Shown: piece by piece, positions 7,526 to 15,725 of the stretch
How the letters are laid out: each line of letters begins with the position of its first letter
Position numbering within the stretch: position 1 is the stretch's first letter
Source: Methanomicrobiales archaeon
Lineage (GTDB): Archaea; Halobacteriota; Methanomicrobia; Methanomicrobiales; JACTUA01
Direction of reading: 5' to 3'
Length of the DNA stretch: 38,321 bases
Assembly (NCBI GenBank): GCA_028678665.1
Contig: JAJRDA010000001.1
Location: 1 to 38,321 of the forward strand
The notes under the pieces: generated by a model
The model's database searches: none
Told to the model about the DNA's origin: nothing
What the model saw: the letters and a program-made list of their open reading frames with translations, nothing else
Position numbers and translations under genes: made by a program

Positions 7526-8947
7526 TCAGAAGTCGCCGTCCTGTTCGAAGGAGCGCCCGAACCGGATGGCGAGACCGGCCCGGTACAGCTCCATGCCCAG
7601 GTACGCGGCATGGTCCAGCCGTGAGACCCGCCCATCGACAATCAGGGTGTGGAGGATGTCCTGCCACCGCTTTCCCCGGAAGGCGATACCCTGGTGGACG
7701 GCCACGATCTCGTCCCCCTCGATCCCGATCCGGAAGTTCCCGCAGGGGTCGTACTCGATCTCCCGGGGCATGGGGAGGGCGGGTTCCTTCCCTGCATACG
7801 CGAGGGGCGGCTCCCTCCGGCGGCGCTTCTCCTTCAGGACCAGGAGCGAGATTCCCAGATCCTTGGGGTACGGCCGGTCTCCAAGGAGCGCCATCATCTC
7901 CGTGGCCCGCCGCATCTCGCCTACGGACCCCTGCGTCTTGTCCGAGTGCTCGCTCGTGAAGATCACTGCCGCCCCCGCTTCCTGCGCAAGGCCGGCCAGC
8001 ACGGCATTGGCCCCGATGGAGTCAGCGTCCAGGAGCTCCACCACGTTCCCTGCACCGAAGAAGAGGGGGACCCCGAGATCCCTCGCCTCCCGCACCGCCG
8101 CGAGGGACACGAGCAGCCCTGACCCGATGGGCTGGAGGAGGGGATCGGCGACCATGCAGGAGATCCCGGCCGACCGGGCGGCGGCCAGGTTCGCCCGGAG
8201 CCCTGCGGCGCCGGGGACCACCACCGCGGCAGCCCCGCTGGCTGCGACCCCGGCCCCCACCACCGGGATGTTCCCCTCGTGGAGGGAGAGGACCAGGTCC
8301 GCCCGGAAGAGGGCGGCCCGGATCAGGGTGGGATCCTGGGTGTCCACCGAGAGTGGCCCTTCAATGTCCTGGACCTCGCGGAAGCACCGGTCCACGTCCC
8401 CCGGCGTGGCATCGAACCCGAACCCCAGGTCCACGATGTCCGCCCCTCGGGCGAAGAAGTCCTCCACCCGGGCTCTCAGATCAGTGACCCGGTCGGCATC
8501 CATGATCTCGGCCAGCACCTTCATCCGTGAACAGCCTCCGACCTTCACCCCCCGGATCAGGAGGTCCGGTTCCGCCGCTTCCTCGCAGGCGCCGAGGCGG
8601 CGGGTGGCCTCCTCGGCCTTCCGGGCGGCCAGGAAGTCATCCGCCGGCACCGTCCGGGAGAGGGTCACTTCCGGAAGGAGCGGGAGGACGAGAGCCAGGT
8701 CCGCGGCGTGGCGGGGGCCCCGGTACACGGGGACACCGGTCTCCCGCTCGACGGCATCAAAGGACGCGGTGCACATACCCGAGACCAGCACCAGGTCATA
8801 CGATCCCTCCTTCACGAGGGCCAGGAGCTGGGAGGGGGTGAGGAACGAGGCGATCTCCCCGGTGACCGCCACCACCGCGTCGTGGCCTTCTGCGGCTTGT
8901 CGGACCGTTGCTGCGGTGGCGGTGCCGGTGGGGAGCAGGATTCGCAT
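7526..8947 (-). CDS. Dihydropteroate synthase-like pterin-binding protein with C-terminal DUF4346-like domain (methanopterin/folate-type pathway)
   Basis: The central TIM-barrel-like block is ADIVDLGFGFD...LSVDTQDP...VLSLHEGN...ADPLLQPIG. The C-terminal block is DPCGNFRI...RLDHAAYLGMELYRAGLA. This recalls the archaeal MJ0107-type DHPS-related family; the assignment is from memory. Confidence 0.7.
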   Translation of the reverse strand: MRILLPTGTATAATVRQAAEGHDAVVAVTGEIASFLTPSQLLALVKEGSYDLVLVSGMCTASFDAVERETGVPVYRGPRHAADLALVLPLLPEVTLSRTVPADDFLAARKAEEATRRLGACEEAAEPDLLIRGVKVGGCSRMKVLAEIMDADRVTDLRARVEDFFARGADIVDLGFGFDATPGDVDRCFREVQDIEGPLSVDTQDPTLIRAALFRADLVLSLHEGNIPVVGAGVAASGAAAVVVPGAAGLRANLAAARSAGISCMVADPLLQPIGSGLLVSLAAVREARDLGVPLFFGAGNVVELLDADSIGANAVLAGLAQEAGAAVIFTSEHSDKTQGSVGEMRRATEMMALLGDRPYPKDLGISLLVLKEKRRRREPPLAYAGKEPALPMPREIEYDPCGNFRIGIEGDEIVAVHQGIAFRGKRWQDILHTLIVDGRVSRLDHAAYLGMELYRAGLAIRFGRSFEQDGDF

Positions 8948-8991
8948 AGAGCTCCCTTAATATGCGGCAGAAGAAAAAATGATCTCACACC

Positions 8992-9657
8992 ATGCTCCGC
9001 TGCGATCTGCACGTCCACACGGACGCCTCCAGGGACGGCGAGAGCACCGTCGAGGATATCCTGAGGCGCGCCGAGGCCGCCGGCCTGGATGCCATCGCCA
9101 TCACGGACCACGATACGCTGGAAGGGGTGGCCCGGGCCCGGTCCACGGGGAGCCGGGTGCTCGTCATCCCCGGGATCGAGATCTCCACCCGGCATGGCCA
9201 CCTGATCGTCCTCGGGATCACGAAATCCATCCCCCCCGGGCTGGATGTGCTGGAGACCATTGCCCTGGCCCGGGACCAGGGGGCGGTGACGATCCTCCCC
9301 CACCCCTATCACATGTGGCGCCACGGTGCGGCCAGGCGGGCGCGGAAGGCCCCGCAGGCCGTCGACGCCATCGAGGTCTTCAACAGCCGCTACCTGGTGG
9401 GATCTGCCAACCGGAAGGCGGCCAGGGTCGCCCGGAAGTTCCGGAAGCCCTGTGTCGGGGGGAGCGATGCCCACAATGCCCGGTTCGTGGGATTCGGGTA
9501 CACGCTGGTCGCCGCCGAGCCCACGGTTCCGTCCATCCTGGCCGCCATCCGGGAGGGCCGGACCGCGGCCGGCGGGAAAATGACCCCGATCCGGACCTAT
9601 TCGCGCCAGTCGATCCGGAGCGCCTGGAAGAGGGTGAGGCGGCGCATCCGGCGATGA
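8992..9657 (+). CDS. PHP-domain metal-dependent phosphoesterase
   Basis: CDLHVHTDASRDGESTVEDILRRAEAAGLDAIAITDHDT, GIEIST, LPHP and GGSDAHN are the PHP histidine/aspartate motifs. Confidence 0.85.
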   Translation: MLRCDLHVHTDASRDGESTVEDILRRAEAAGLDAIAITDHDTLEGVARARSTGSRVLVIPGIEISTRHGHLIVLGITKSIPPGLDVLETIALARDQGAVTILPHPYHMWRHGAARRARKAPQAVDAIEVFNSRYLVGSANRKAARVARKFRKPCVGGSDAHNARFVGFGYTLVAAEPTVPSILAAIREGRTAAGGKMTPIRTYSRQSIRSAWKRVRRRIRR

Positions 9658-10448
9658 GGCTCGCCTTCCGGCTCTCCTACCTGGGTGACCGGTTCTTCGG
9701 GTCGCAGCAGCAGCCGGACCAGAGAACGGTGGAGGGCGAGGTGATCGGGGCCTGCCGGAGGCTGGATCTCTTCACCGACTGGAGGGAGGCCCGGTTCGCC
9801 CTCGCCGGGCGGACGGACCGGGGGGTCCATGCCCGGGGCCAGGTCTGCGCCTTTGATACCCCTGCCCAGGACCGGGCCCGGGAGGTGCTGAACCTCCAGC
9901 TCCCCCGGGATCTCTGGTGCACGGGGATCACCGAAGTCCCGCAGGAGTTCCACCCCCGCCACGATGCCCGATCCCGTACCTACCGCTACCTCTTTTCGGA
10001 TCCGGACCTGGACACCGATGCCATGGACCGGGCCTCCCGCTCCTTTGTGGGCCGGTTCGACTTCTCGCGCTTTGGCAGGGTGGAGGGGAAGAATCCCGAA
10101 CGGGTGGTGCGGGAAGCCCGGGTCTTCCGGGAGGCCGGCTTTCCGATCTTCGAGGTCACCGCATGGTCCTTCCTCTGGCAGATGGTCCGTTCCATGGCCG
10201 GGGTGCTGGAAGCGGTGGGGAAGGGCGAGGCCGGGGAGGGGCGCATCCGGGAGCTGCTGTCCGATCCGTCAGGACCGCGGATGCCACCCGCCCCCGCCGG
10301 GGGCCTGATCCTCTGGGACGTGGACTGCGGCATCACCTTCCAGGAGGTCCCGGTGGATCACCGGACTCTCGACTACCTGACCTTCTTCCGGCGGCACCAC
10401 GTCCTGATGGGCCGGATCTGCCACGTGCTCCAGGAGAGGGATGGTTAG
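9654..10448 (+). CDS. truA: tRNA pseudouridine(38-40) synthase TruA
   Basis: The catalytic motif is GRTDRGVHARGQV. The other blocks are RTYRYLF, FVGRFDFSRF, and the start MRLAFRLSYLGDRFFGSQQQP. The start ATG 9654 overlaps the PHP stop (ATGA). The listed 8979..10448 ORF is an out-of-frame upstream extension. Confidence 0.85.
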   Translation: MRLAFRLSYLGDRFFGSQQQPDQRTVEGEVIGACRRLDLFTDWREARFALAGRTDRGVHARGQVCAFDTPAQDRAREVLNLQLPRDLWCTGITEVPQEFHPRHDARSRTYRYLFSDPDLDTDAMDRASRSFVGRFDFSRFGRVEGKNPERVVREARVFREAGFPIFEVTAWSFLWQMVRSMAGVLEAVGKGEAGEGRIRELLSDPSGPRMPPAPAGGLILWDVDCGITFQEVPVDHRTLDYLTFFRRHHVLMGRICHVLQERDG

Positions 10449-11512
10449 GCCGGGACCAGCCCGCGGCTCCTCAGCCACCGGTACGTGCCCGGGCGATCGT
10501 GGAGATGCCGCACGATGTAGTTGGAGACCTCCACGTTCCGGTTGTGCTCGTCCACCCTACGGTTATAATCTGACACCAGCCGGTTGTATTCCGCAGGGTT
10601 GCCCCTGACCCTGTCCATCTCTGCCTTCTTTGCCGCCAGCTGCTGTTCCAGGGAATCCACTGCATCATCGGCTGCGACAAACGCGGTATGTATCGCCAGG
10701 GTCTCACCGCAGGCCCCATAGGCCGTGGTCCCGCTTCCCACGGGGATGATCAGCGGATCTGACGAGAGCGTGGCGATTGCCCCCTCTATCCTTTCCGGCG
10801 GGATCCCGACGAGAGACAGGTTGGTGGATTCCAGGAACGCAAAGGAGGTATTGCGGTACCCGCACCCGTCCGCGGTGATCCCCACCGCCATGTGGTCCTC
10901 TGCATCGAAGACGAGGAGCGAGACCCGGTACCCTTCCCGGGAGAGGAGCCCCGCAAGGAGCAGGCTCTTGTCATCGCAGTCGCCGGTTCGTTCTGCAAAG
11001 GTTTCCACCGCGAAATGGGGTGGACCCCCCTTCTCCCGGTAGGGGAGGGACTGGACCCCCACCGCCATCAGCTCCAGGTACCGGTCACTACCCAGCCGCT
11101 TCTCATCGCGGATCCTGCGGAACTGGGAGAGGAGGTCCTGGTAGAACCCGTCCTGGTGCGGGTCGGAGAGGAACGCCAGGTAATAGCCGGGAACCCAGTC
11201 CGCGTCGGGGGTTCCCCGGGGAACGGATGCATTCTTCACCGCCCTCTGTGCCCCGTAGAAGACGGAGCCGTTGATGGGCACGGTGAGGGTCACGGTGCCA
11301 CCCTCGAATGCATACGTGAAGGTGACGGGGTGGGACGGGGCACCCTCAATGGGTTCGATGGAGGGGTACACGATCTGCGGCCGGATGCCGGGGAATACAC
11401 CCGTGCAACCGGCCGCCAGCAGGAGAAAGACGGTGGCGAGGACCGTGGTGAGGGCGATGTACTGCCTGTGCCGGCGGGGGAGGGCCCGGCTCCCCCGGGG
11501 GAAAGGATGCAT
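10445..11512 (-). CDS. Membrane-anchored (lipobox-like) transglutaminase-like cysteine-protease-fold protein with C-terminal coiled coil
   Basis: The N-terminus has basic residues, then the hydrophobic stretch IALTTVLATVFLLLAAGC (LAAGC lipobox-like). TGDCDDKSLLLAGLLSREGYRVSLLVF...DHMAVGI resembles the Cys/His core of transglutaminase-like domains. The tail LEQQLAAKKAEMDRV...YNRLVSDYNRRVDEHNRNV is heptad-like. Confidence 0.65.
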   Translation of the reverse strand: MHPFPRGSRALPRRHRQYIALTTVLATVFLLLAAGCTGVFPGIRPQIVYPSIEPIEGAPSHPVTFTYAFEGGTVTLTVPINGSVFYGAQRAVKNASVPRGTPDADWVPGYYLAFLSDPHQDGFYQDLLSQFRRIRDEKRLGSDRYLELMAVGVQSLPYREKGGPPHFAVETFAERTGDCDDKSLLLAGLLSREGYRVSLLVFDAEDHMAVGITADGCGYRNTSFAFLESTNLSLVGIPPERIEGAIATLSSDPLIIPVGSGTTAYGACGETLAIHTAFVAADDAVDSLEQQLAAKKAEMDRVRGNPAEYNRLVSDYNRRVDEHNRNVEVSNYIVRHLHDRPGTYRWLRSRGLVPA

Positions 11513-11656
11513 CGGATCAGATCTTGGGTCCTTTCACCCATAAACTGGGCGGCCCCGGGGATAGCTATATCGAGCTGCCCGGAGAGACTCCCCGTGCACA
11601 GCCGGCCGCAGGACGATCCCGGGTCTGGAGTTCCCTGCGGGCCGGGAACCGGAGGA

Positions 11657-12187
11657 ATGAGAAGGGTGGATATCAGGGATATCCCCGGGGAGATGCGGTG
11701 GCAGATTGCCACCCGCCTTGTCTCCAGCTTCCCGGTGCTCTACGACGGGGCGTTCCGGGAGGCGATGGGCGACCGGTACGATGAACTCGAGTACAATGTC
11801 TGGATCGAGGCCGGGAAGGAGGCCCGGGCGGTGGCCGACGGATTCGGCTTCCCCACCGGCACGGCGAAGGAGATCGCCGAGTGCGTGCGGGTGGTCACCA
11901 CCCTCTTCTTTGGCCTGGATGTCCGGGAAGAGGTCCTGGACATCTCAGGTACCCGCGCAGTGATCCTGACGAAGGGCTGCCCTTTCATGGTGCGGGGTGC
12001 GGAGCTGGGCGGACGGCCTGCCCACCTCTTCCCCAAGTGCATGGCCTTCTCCATGGCCGCCGTGGAGAGCCTGAACCCGAAGTACACCACCCGGTTCGTC
12101 CGGGCCATGTGCATGGGGGACTACCGGAACTGCGAGCTCACGATCCTCACGCAGGAGGAGGCCGAGAAGGAGGACAAGAAGCAGTGA
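11657..12187 (+). CDS. Hypothetical Cys-containing protein (possibly ATC-hydrolase/V4R-like fold)
   Basis: ATG 11657 is preceded by GGAGGA. The composition looks like real coding sequence. Cys motifs are GCPFMV, FPKCMAF and MCMGDYRNCELTI. The listed 10892..12187 ORF is an artefactual upstream extension antisense to the neighbouring gene. Confidence 0.55.
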   Translation: MRRVDIRDIPGEMRWQIATRLVSSFPVLYDGAFREAMGDRYDELEYNVWIEAGKEARAVADGFGFPTGTAKEIAECVRVVTTLFFGLDVREEVLDISGTRAVILTKGCPFMVRGAELGGRPAHLFPKCMAFSMAAVESLNPKYTTRFVRAMCMGDYRNCELTILTQEEAEKEDKKQ

Positions 12188-12269
12188 GGGGATGGCCGAA
12201 CACCGGTGGAATGACCAGAATACCGGACGGACCACCCGGAAGGATGGTGCTCCCCTGTTGATGAGGGTC

Positions 12270-14099
12270 CTAGGAATTTTCCCCGGTGGGGATCGCACCT
12301 CCCTGCACCAGCACCGGAGTGAGGGCCAGCCGGGCCAGGGTGGCCGGGGTGGGCCGGCCCTCGCCATCCCAGCCCCGGACGGCGTAATAGGCATCCAGGA
12401 GAGGCTGGCGCTGCCAGACCTGTCCGCGGGCGGGCCCCGAGGTCACCGGCTCCTGCAGGAGCCGCGGGGGGAGCGTGTCATCCGCCTTCCCGATACCGGC
12501 ACGGAGGTTGAAGATCTTCTGCAGGTTCCAGCACCGTTCCCCGGCGAGGAGGAGGGACTCCTCCGTCACCGGCAGGCCGGTTGCAGCCGCTGTCATCCGG
12601 GCATGCAGGGCCGGTGAGAAGACTCTGAGGGTGAACATGCAGATCCCCAGTGAGTCGATGGCCGCCGCCTGGTCCTGCATCCACTTCGTCCACTCCGCCT
12701 TCCCCTCCTGCGTGAGGGGATCGAGCCGCACCGGAATGCCGTAGACTTCGGGGTACGCCATGTTCCCGTACACGTGGCAGGCACCCCGCACCGACGTGGC
12801 GTACTCCAGGCCCTGCCCCACCAGGCCCCGGGGATCATAGCCGGGGAGCTCCTGGCCCTTCACGCTTATGGAGAACTCCGGGTGGCCACACCGGAGGGCA
12901 AACCGGTACGACCCTTCTGCCATGGCATCCCCGATGCCTTCCCGGTACCCGATCTTCCGGACCAGGTCCACCACGGCATCCCGGTCTCCGAACCGGATCC
13001 GCTCCGGGAGGTGCGCCTGCTCCGAGAGCTCCATGGCGCAGGCGATGGTGGCACCGGTGGAAACGGAATCCAGTCCCAGCTCGTTGCAGAGGTGGTTGGC
13101 CCTCGCGATCGCCTCCAGGCTGGAGACGCCGCAATCCGGGCCGAAGGCCCAGATCGTCTCGTACTCCGGGCCATGGATGGCCTGGTTCCCCACCCGCACC
13201 TCCCGGCCGCAGGCAACGGCGCAGGAGTGGCACCCCGTTACCCGCTCCAGGATCGTCTCCGCCATCTTCTCCCCGGTGATCCCTTCAGCTTCCGGGAAGT
13301 GGGATTCCCGGAAGTTGCGGGTGGGCAGGAGATGGGCCTCGTTGATGAGCCGGACCAGGTTGGCGGTCCCGTAGCGGTGGAGGGAGCCCTTCGTGATCCC
13401 GCTCCTTTCCACGAGATCCCGCATCTCGTCCCGCACCTGCTGGAACTGCTCCGGGTCCGGCGGCTCCCGGGAGAAGCTGCCCTTCGCCGCCACGGCCTTC
13501 AGCAGCTTGGACCCCATCACCGCCCCCAGTCCCCCGCGTCCTGCCACCCGGCCATGGTCGCTCACGATGGCTGCCATCCGGGAGAGGCGTTCCCCGGCAG
13601 GGCCGATGCAGGCCACCCGGGCTTTCGGCCCGGCGAGATCTTCCCGGACGCGGGCCATGGCATCGGATGTGGTCATACCCCAGGAGGCCCCCGCGTCCCG
13701 GATCTCTGCGGTGCCGTCATGGATCCACAGCACCGACGGCCGGGAGGCACGGCCACGGATGACCACGGCATCGAATCCCGCCCGCTTCAGCTCGGGGCCG
13801 AAGAACCCGCCGCAGTTGGACGAGGCGAGGGTCCCGGAGAGGGGGGAACGGGAGATCACGCTGTAGCGGGAGCCGAGGGGCATCCCCGAGCCGGTGAGGG
13901 GGCCTGCCGCCAGCACCAGCGGGTTTTCGGGAGCAAGTGCATCGGAACGGGGACTCATCTGGGACGACAGGATGCCCACTCCCAGCCCCCGTCCGCCCAG
14001 GAAGAGATGCTTCCACTCACCGGGAAGATCGGCCGGGGTGCAGCTTCCGGCCGTGAGATCGACCCGGAGGATCCTGTCCATGTAGCCCGGCACAGCCAT
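12270..14099 (-). CDS. aor: Aldehyde:ferredoxin oxidoreductase family (tungstopterin) enzyme
   Basis: The N-terminus GYMDRILRVDLTAG...FLGGRGLG is typical of AOR. Other AOR-family blocks are ACIGPAGE, CxxC-type GCHSCAVACGR, and EYETIWAFGPDCG. The start is taken at ATG 14099, with the TATA-like TTTATT about 30 nt upstream. Confidence 0.9.
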   Translation of the reverse strand: MAVPGYMDRILRVDLTAGSCTPADLPGEWKHLFLGGRGLGVGILSSQMSPRSDALAPENPLVLAAGPLTGSGMPLGSRYSVISRSPLSGTLASSNCGGFFGPELKRAGFDAVVIRGRASRPSVLWIHDGTAEIRDAGASWGMTTSDAMARVREDLAGPKARVACIGPAGERLSRMAAIVSDHGRVAGRGGLGAVMGSKLLKAVAAKGSFSREPPDPEQFQQVRDEMRDLVERSGITKGSLHRYGTANLVRLINEAHLLPTRNFRESHFPEAEGITGEKMAETILERVTGCHSCAVACGREVRVGNQAIHGPEYETIWAFGPDCGVSSLEAIARANHLCNELGLDSVSTGATIACAMELSEQAHLPERIRFGDRDAVVDLVRKIGYREGIGDAMAEGSYRFALRCGHPEFSISVKGQELPGYDPRGLVGQGLEYATSVRGACHVYGNMAYPEVYGIPVRLDPLTQEGKAEWTKWMQDQAAAIDSLGICMFTLRVFSPALHARMTAAATGLPVTEESLLLAGERCWNLQKIFNLRAGIGKADDTLPPRLLQEPVTSGPARGQVWQRQPLLDAYYAVRGWDGEGRPTPATLARLALTPVLVQGGAIPTGENS

Positions 14100-14202
14100 G
14101 CGACCCGTACCTTGCCCGAAGACGGGAATAAAGGTATCTCCTCTCCCGTAAGGAGGCCCGGGCGATACCCCTTTATAGCAGCGGGGTGGAGAGTTGAGGC
14201 AG

Positions 14203-15399
14203 ATGGCGTCCGTCACGATCTACTCGACCCCGCAGTGCCCGTACTGCCGGATGGTGAAGGCGTTCCTGGACCGCAAGGGCGTGCCGTACCAGGATATCAA
14301 CGTCGCCGAGGACCGGAAGGCGGCGGAGGAGGTGGTCCGGATCTCGGGGCAGCTGGGTGTCCCGGTCACTGTCGTGGACGGCGAGGTGATCGTGGGCTTT
14401 GATGCCCAGCGGCTGAACGAGCTCTTCGGTGCTCCGAAGGAGGAGGACGTCTATGACGTCATGATCCTGGGAGCAGGGCCCGCCGGCCTCACCGCGTCCG
14501 TGTACACGGCGAGGAAGGGGCAGGAGACCCTGGTCATCTCCCAGAACATCGGTGGCCAGGCGCTGGAGTCGTGGGCCATCGAGAACTACATGGGGTTCCG
14601 GATGGTGAAAGGCGAGGACCTCATGAAGAAGTTCGAGGAGCAGGTGAGGGATCTCCACATCCATCTGGAGCTGGACGGGGCCCTTTCACTCGCGGGAGAG
14701 GATGGCCGGTTCGTGGTGAAGACCGTCACCGGGCGGACCTTCCTCGCGAGAAGCGTGATCGTGGCGACCGGAAAACACCCCCGTTCTCTCGGTGTCGCGG
14801 ACGAGGAACGCTTCATCGGGCGGGGCCTCTCCATCTGTTCCACCTGCGACGGCCCGCTCTTCCGGGGGAAGACCGTTGCTGTCGTCGGGGGAGGCAACTC
14901 TGCGCTGCAGACGGCAATCGAGATGAGCGGGATCGCAAAGACCGTGTACCTGATCGTCAGGTCCACCATCCGGGCCGACGACGCCTACCTGGACCTCTAC
15001 CGGACGAAGAAGAACATCATCACGTTCTCGGACGTCGAGATCTCACGGCTCGTCGGCGAGAAGTTCCTGACCGGGATCACGCTGAAGGACCGGACTTCCG
15101 GCGAGGAGCGGGAGATCTCCCTGGACGGGCTCTTCGCCGAGATCGGCTGGCTCCCCAACACCGGCTTCCTGGGCGACCTGATCACCCTGAACCAGGAGAA
15201 GGAGGTAATCGTGGACGTGAACTGTCATACGAACGTGCCCGGCATCTTTGCGGCCGGGGACGTGACCTCGGTCAAGGGGAAGCAGATCATCATCGCTGCC
15301 GGGGAGGGGGCGAAGGCGGCGCTGGAGGCCTACGAGTGGCTGATGCGGAGGAGCGGGGCGGGAGGGGAGTCGAAGGGAGCCCTTCCGCCGACGGTGTAA
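14203..15399 (+). CDS. Glutaredoxin-like domain fused to a thioredoxin-reductase-like flavoprotein
   Basis: The N-terminus VTIYSTPQCPYCRMVKAFLDRKG...GVPVTVVDGEVIVGFD is a Grx/NrdH fold with CPYC. It is followed by DVMILGAGPAGLTASVY (FAD GxGxxG), the redox motif CSTCDG, GGGNSALQTAIE, and GIFAAGDV. ATG 14203 lies about 29 nt after the TATA-like CTTTATAG; the track lists a TTG at 14194. Confidence 0.85.
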   Translation: MASVTIYSTPQCPYCRMVKAFLDRKGVPYQDINVAEDRKAAEEVVRISGQLGVPVTVVDGEVIVGFDAQRLNELFGAPKEEDVYDVMILGAGPAGLTASVYTARKGQETLVISQNIGGQALESWAIENYMGFRMVKGEDLMKKFEEQVRDLHIHLELDGALSLAGEDGRFVVKTVTGRTFLARSVIVATGKHPRSLGVADEERFIGRGLSICSTCDGPLFRGKTVAVVGGGNSALQTAIEMSGIAKTVYLIVRSTIRADDAYLDLYRTKKNIITFSDVEISRLVGEKFLTGITLKDRTSGEEREISLDGLFAEIGWLPNTGFLGDLITLNQEKEVIVDVNCHTNVPGIFAAGDVTSVKGKQIIIAAGEGAKAALEAYEWLMRRSGAGGESKGALPPTV

Positions 15400-15421
15400 G
15401 GATTTCGGTCCAACCGGGTAT

Positions 15422-15477
15422 GGATTGACGGGAGGGGGGGGCCGGCCCTCCTCCCGGTCCCACCCCCGCGAGGATGG
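15422..15477. repeat. GC-rich palindromic intergenic repeat, copy D (partial)
   Basis: GGATTGACGGGAGGGGGGGGCCGGCCCTCCTCCCGGTCCCACCCCCGCGAGGATGG. Its right arm GGTCCCACCCCCGCGAGGATGG matches the right arm of copy C. Confidence 0.6.
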
Positions 15478-15595
15478 CCTCTTGTCTCGGTTTCTTGTTG
15501 TTGCACCAGTGCCCGGATAGGTGGTGCGATTCAGGGCAAGAATACGCCACTATCCGGTCAAATTTGCTGGGGATGATCCCCTGCTGGACGGTTCA

Positions 15596-15666
15596 CCCCA
15601 TCCTCACCGGGGGAGGGCTGACGGGAGGGGGCAGCGCCCCCTCCCTGTGCTACCGTGTAAGGACGG
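15596..15666. repeat. GC-rich palindromic intergenic repeat, copy B
   Basis: CCCCATCCTCACCGGGGGAGGGCTGACGGGAGGGGGCAGCGCCCCCTCCCTGTGC... has a perfect 10-bp stem GGGAGGGGGC/GCCCCCTCCC. Its left 40 nt are almost identical to copy C. Confidence 0.7.
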
Positions 15667-15700
15667 TCTCCTTTCTCAGGTTTTGTTATGGGGAGAACGC

Positions 15701-15714
15701 AATTAAAAAAAGTT
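15701..15714 (-). terminator. Oligo-T terminator downstream of tfrB
   Basis: The minus strand reads CGAACTTTTTTTAATTGCG, starting about 12 nt after the tfrB stop. Confidence 0.45.
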
Positions 15715-15725
15715 CGAAGGGAACC

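Noticed and set aside
8979-10448. Two long fused ORFs appear in the track: the 489-aa ORF 8979..10448 and the 431-aa ORF 10892..12187.
   Set aside because: Only the C-terminal parts (truA from 9654, and the hypothetical protein from 11657) look like real protein. The upstream parts overlap the PHP gene out of frame, or are antisense to the transglutaminase-like gene, and are Arg/Pro/Gly-rich.
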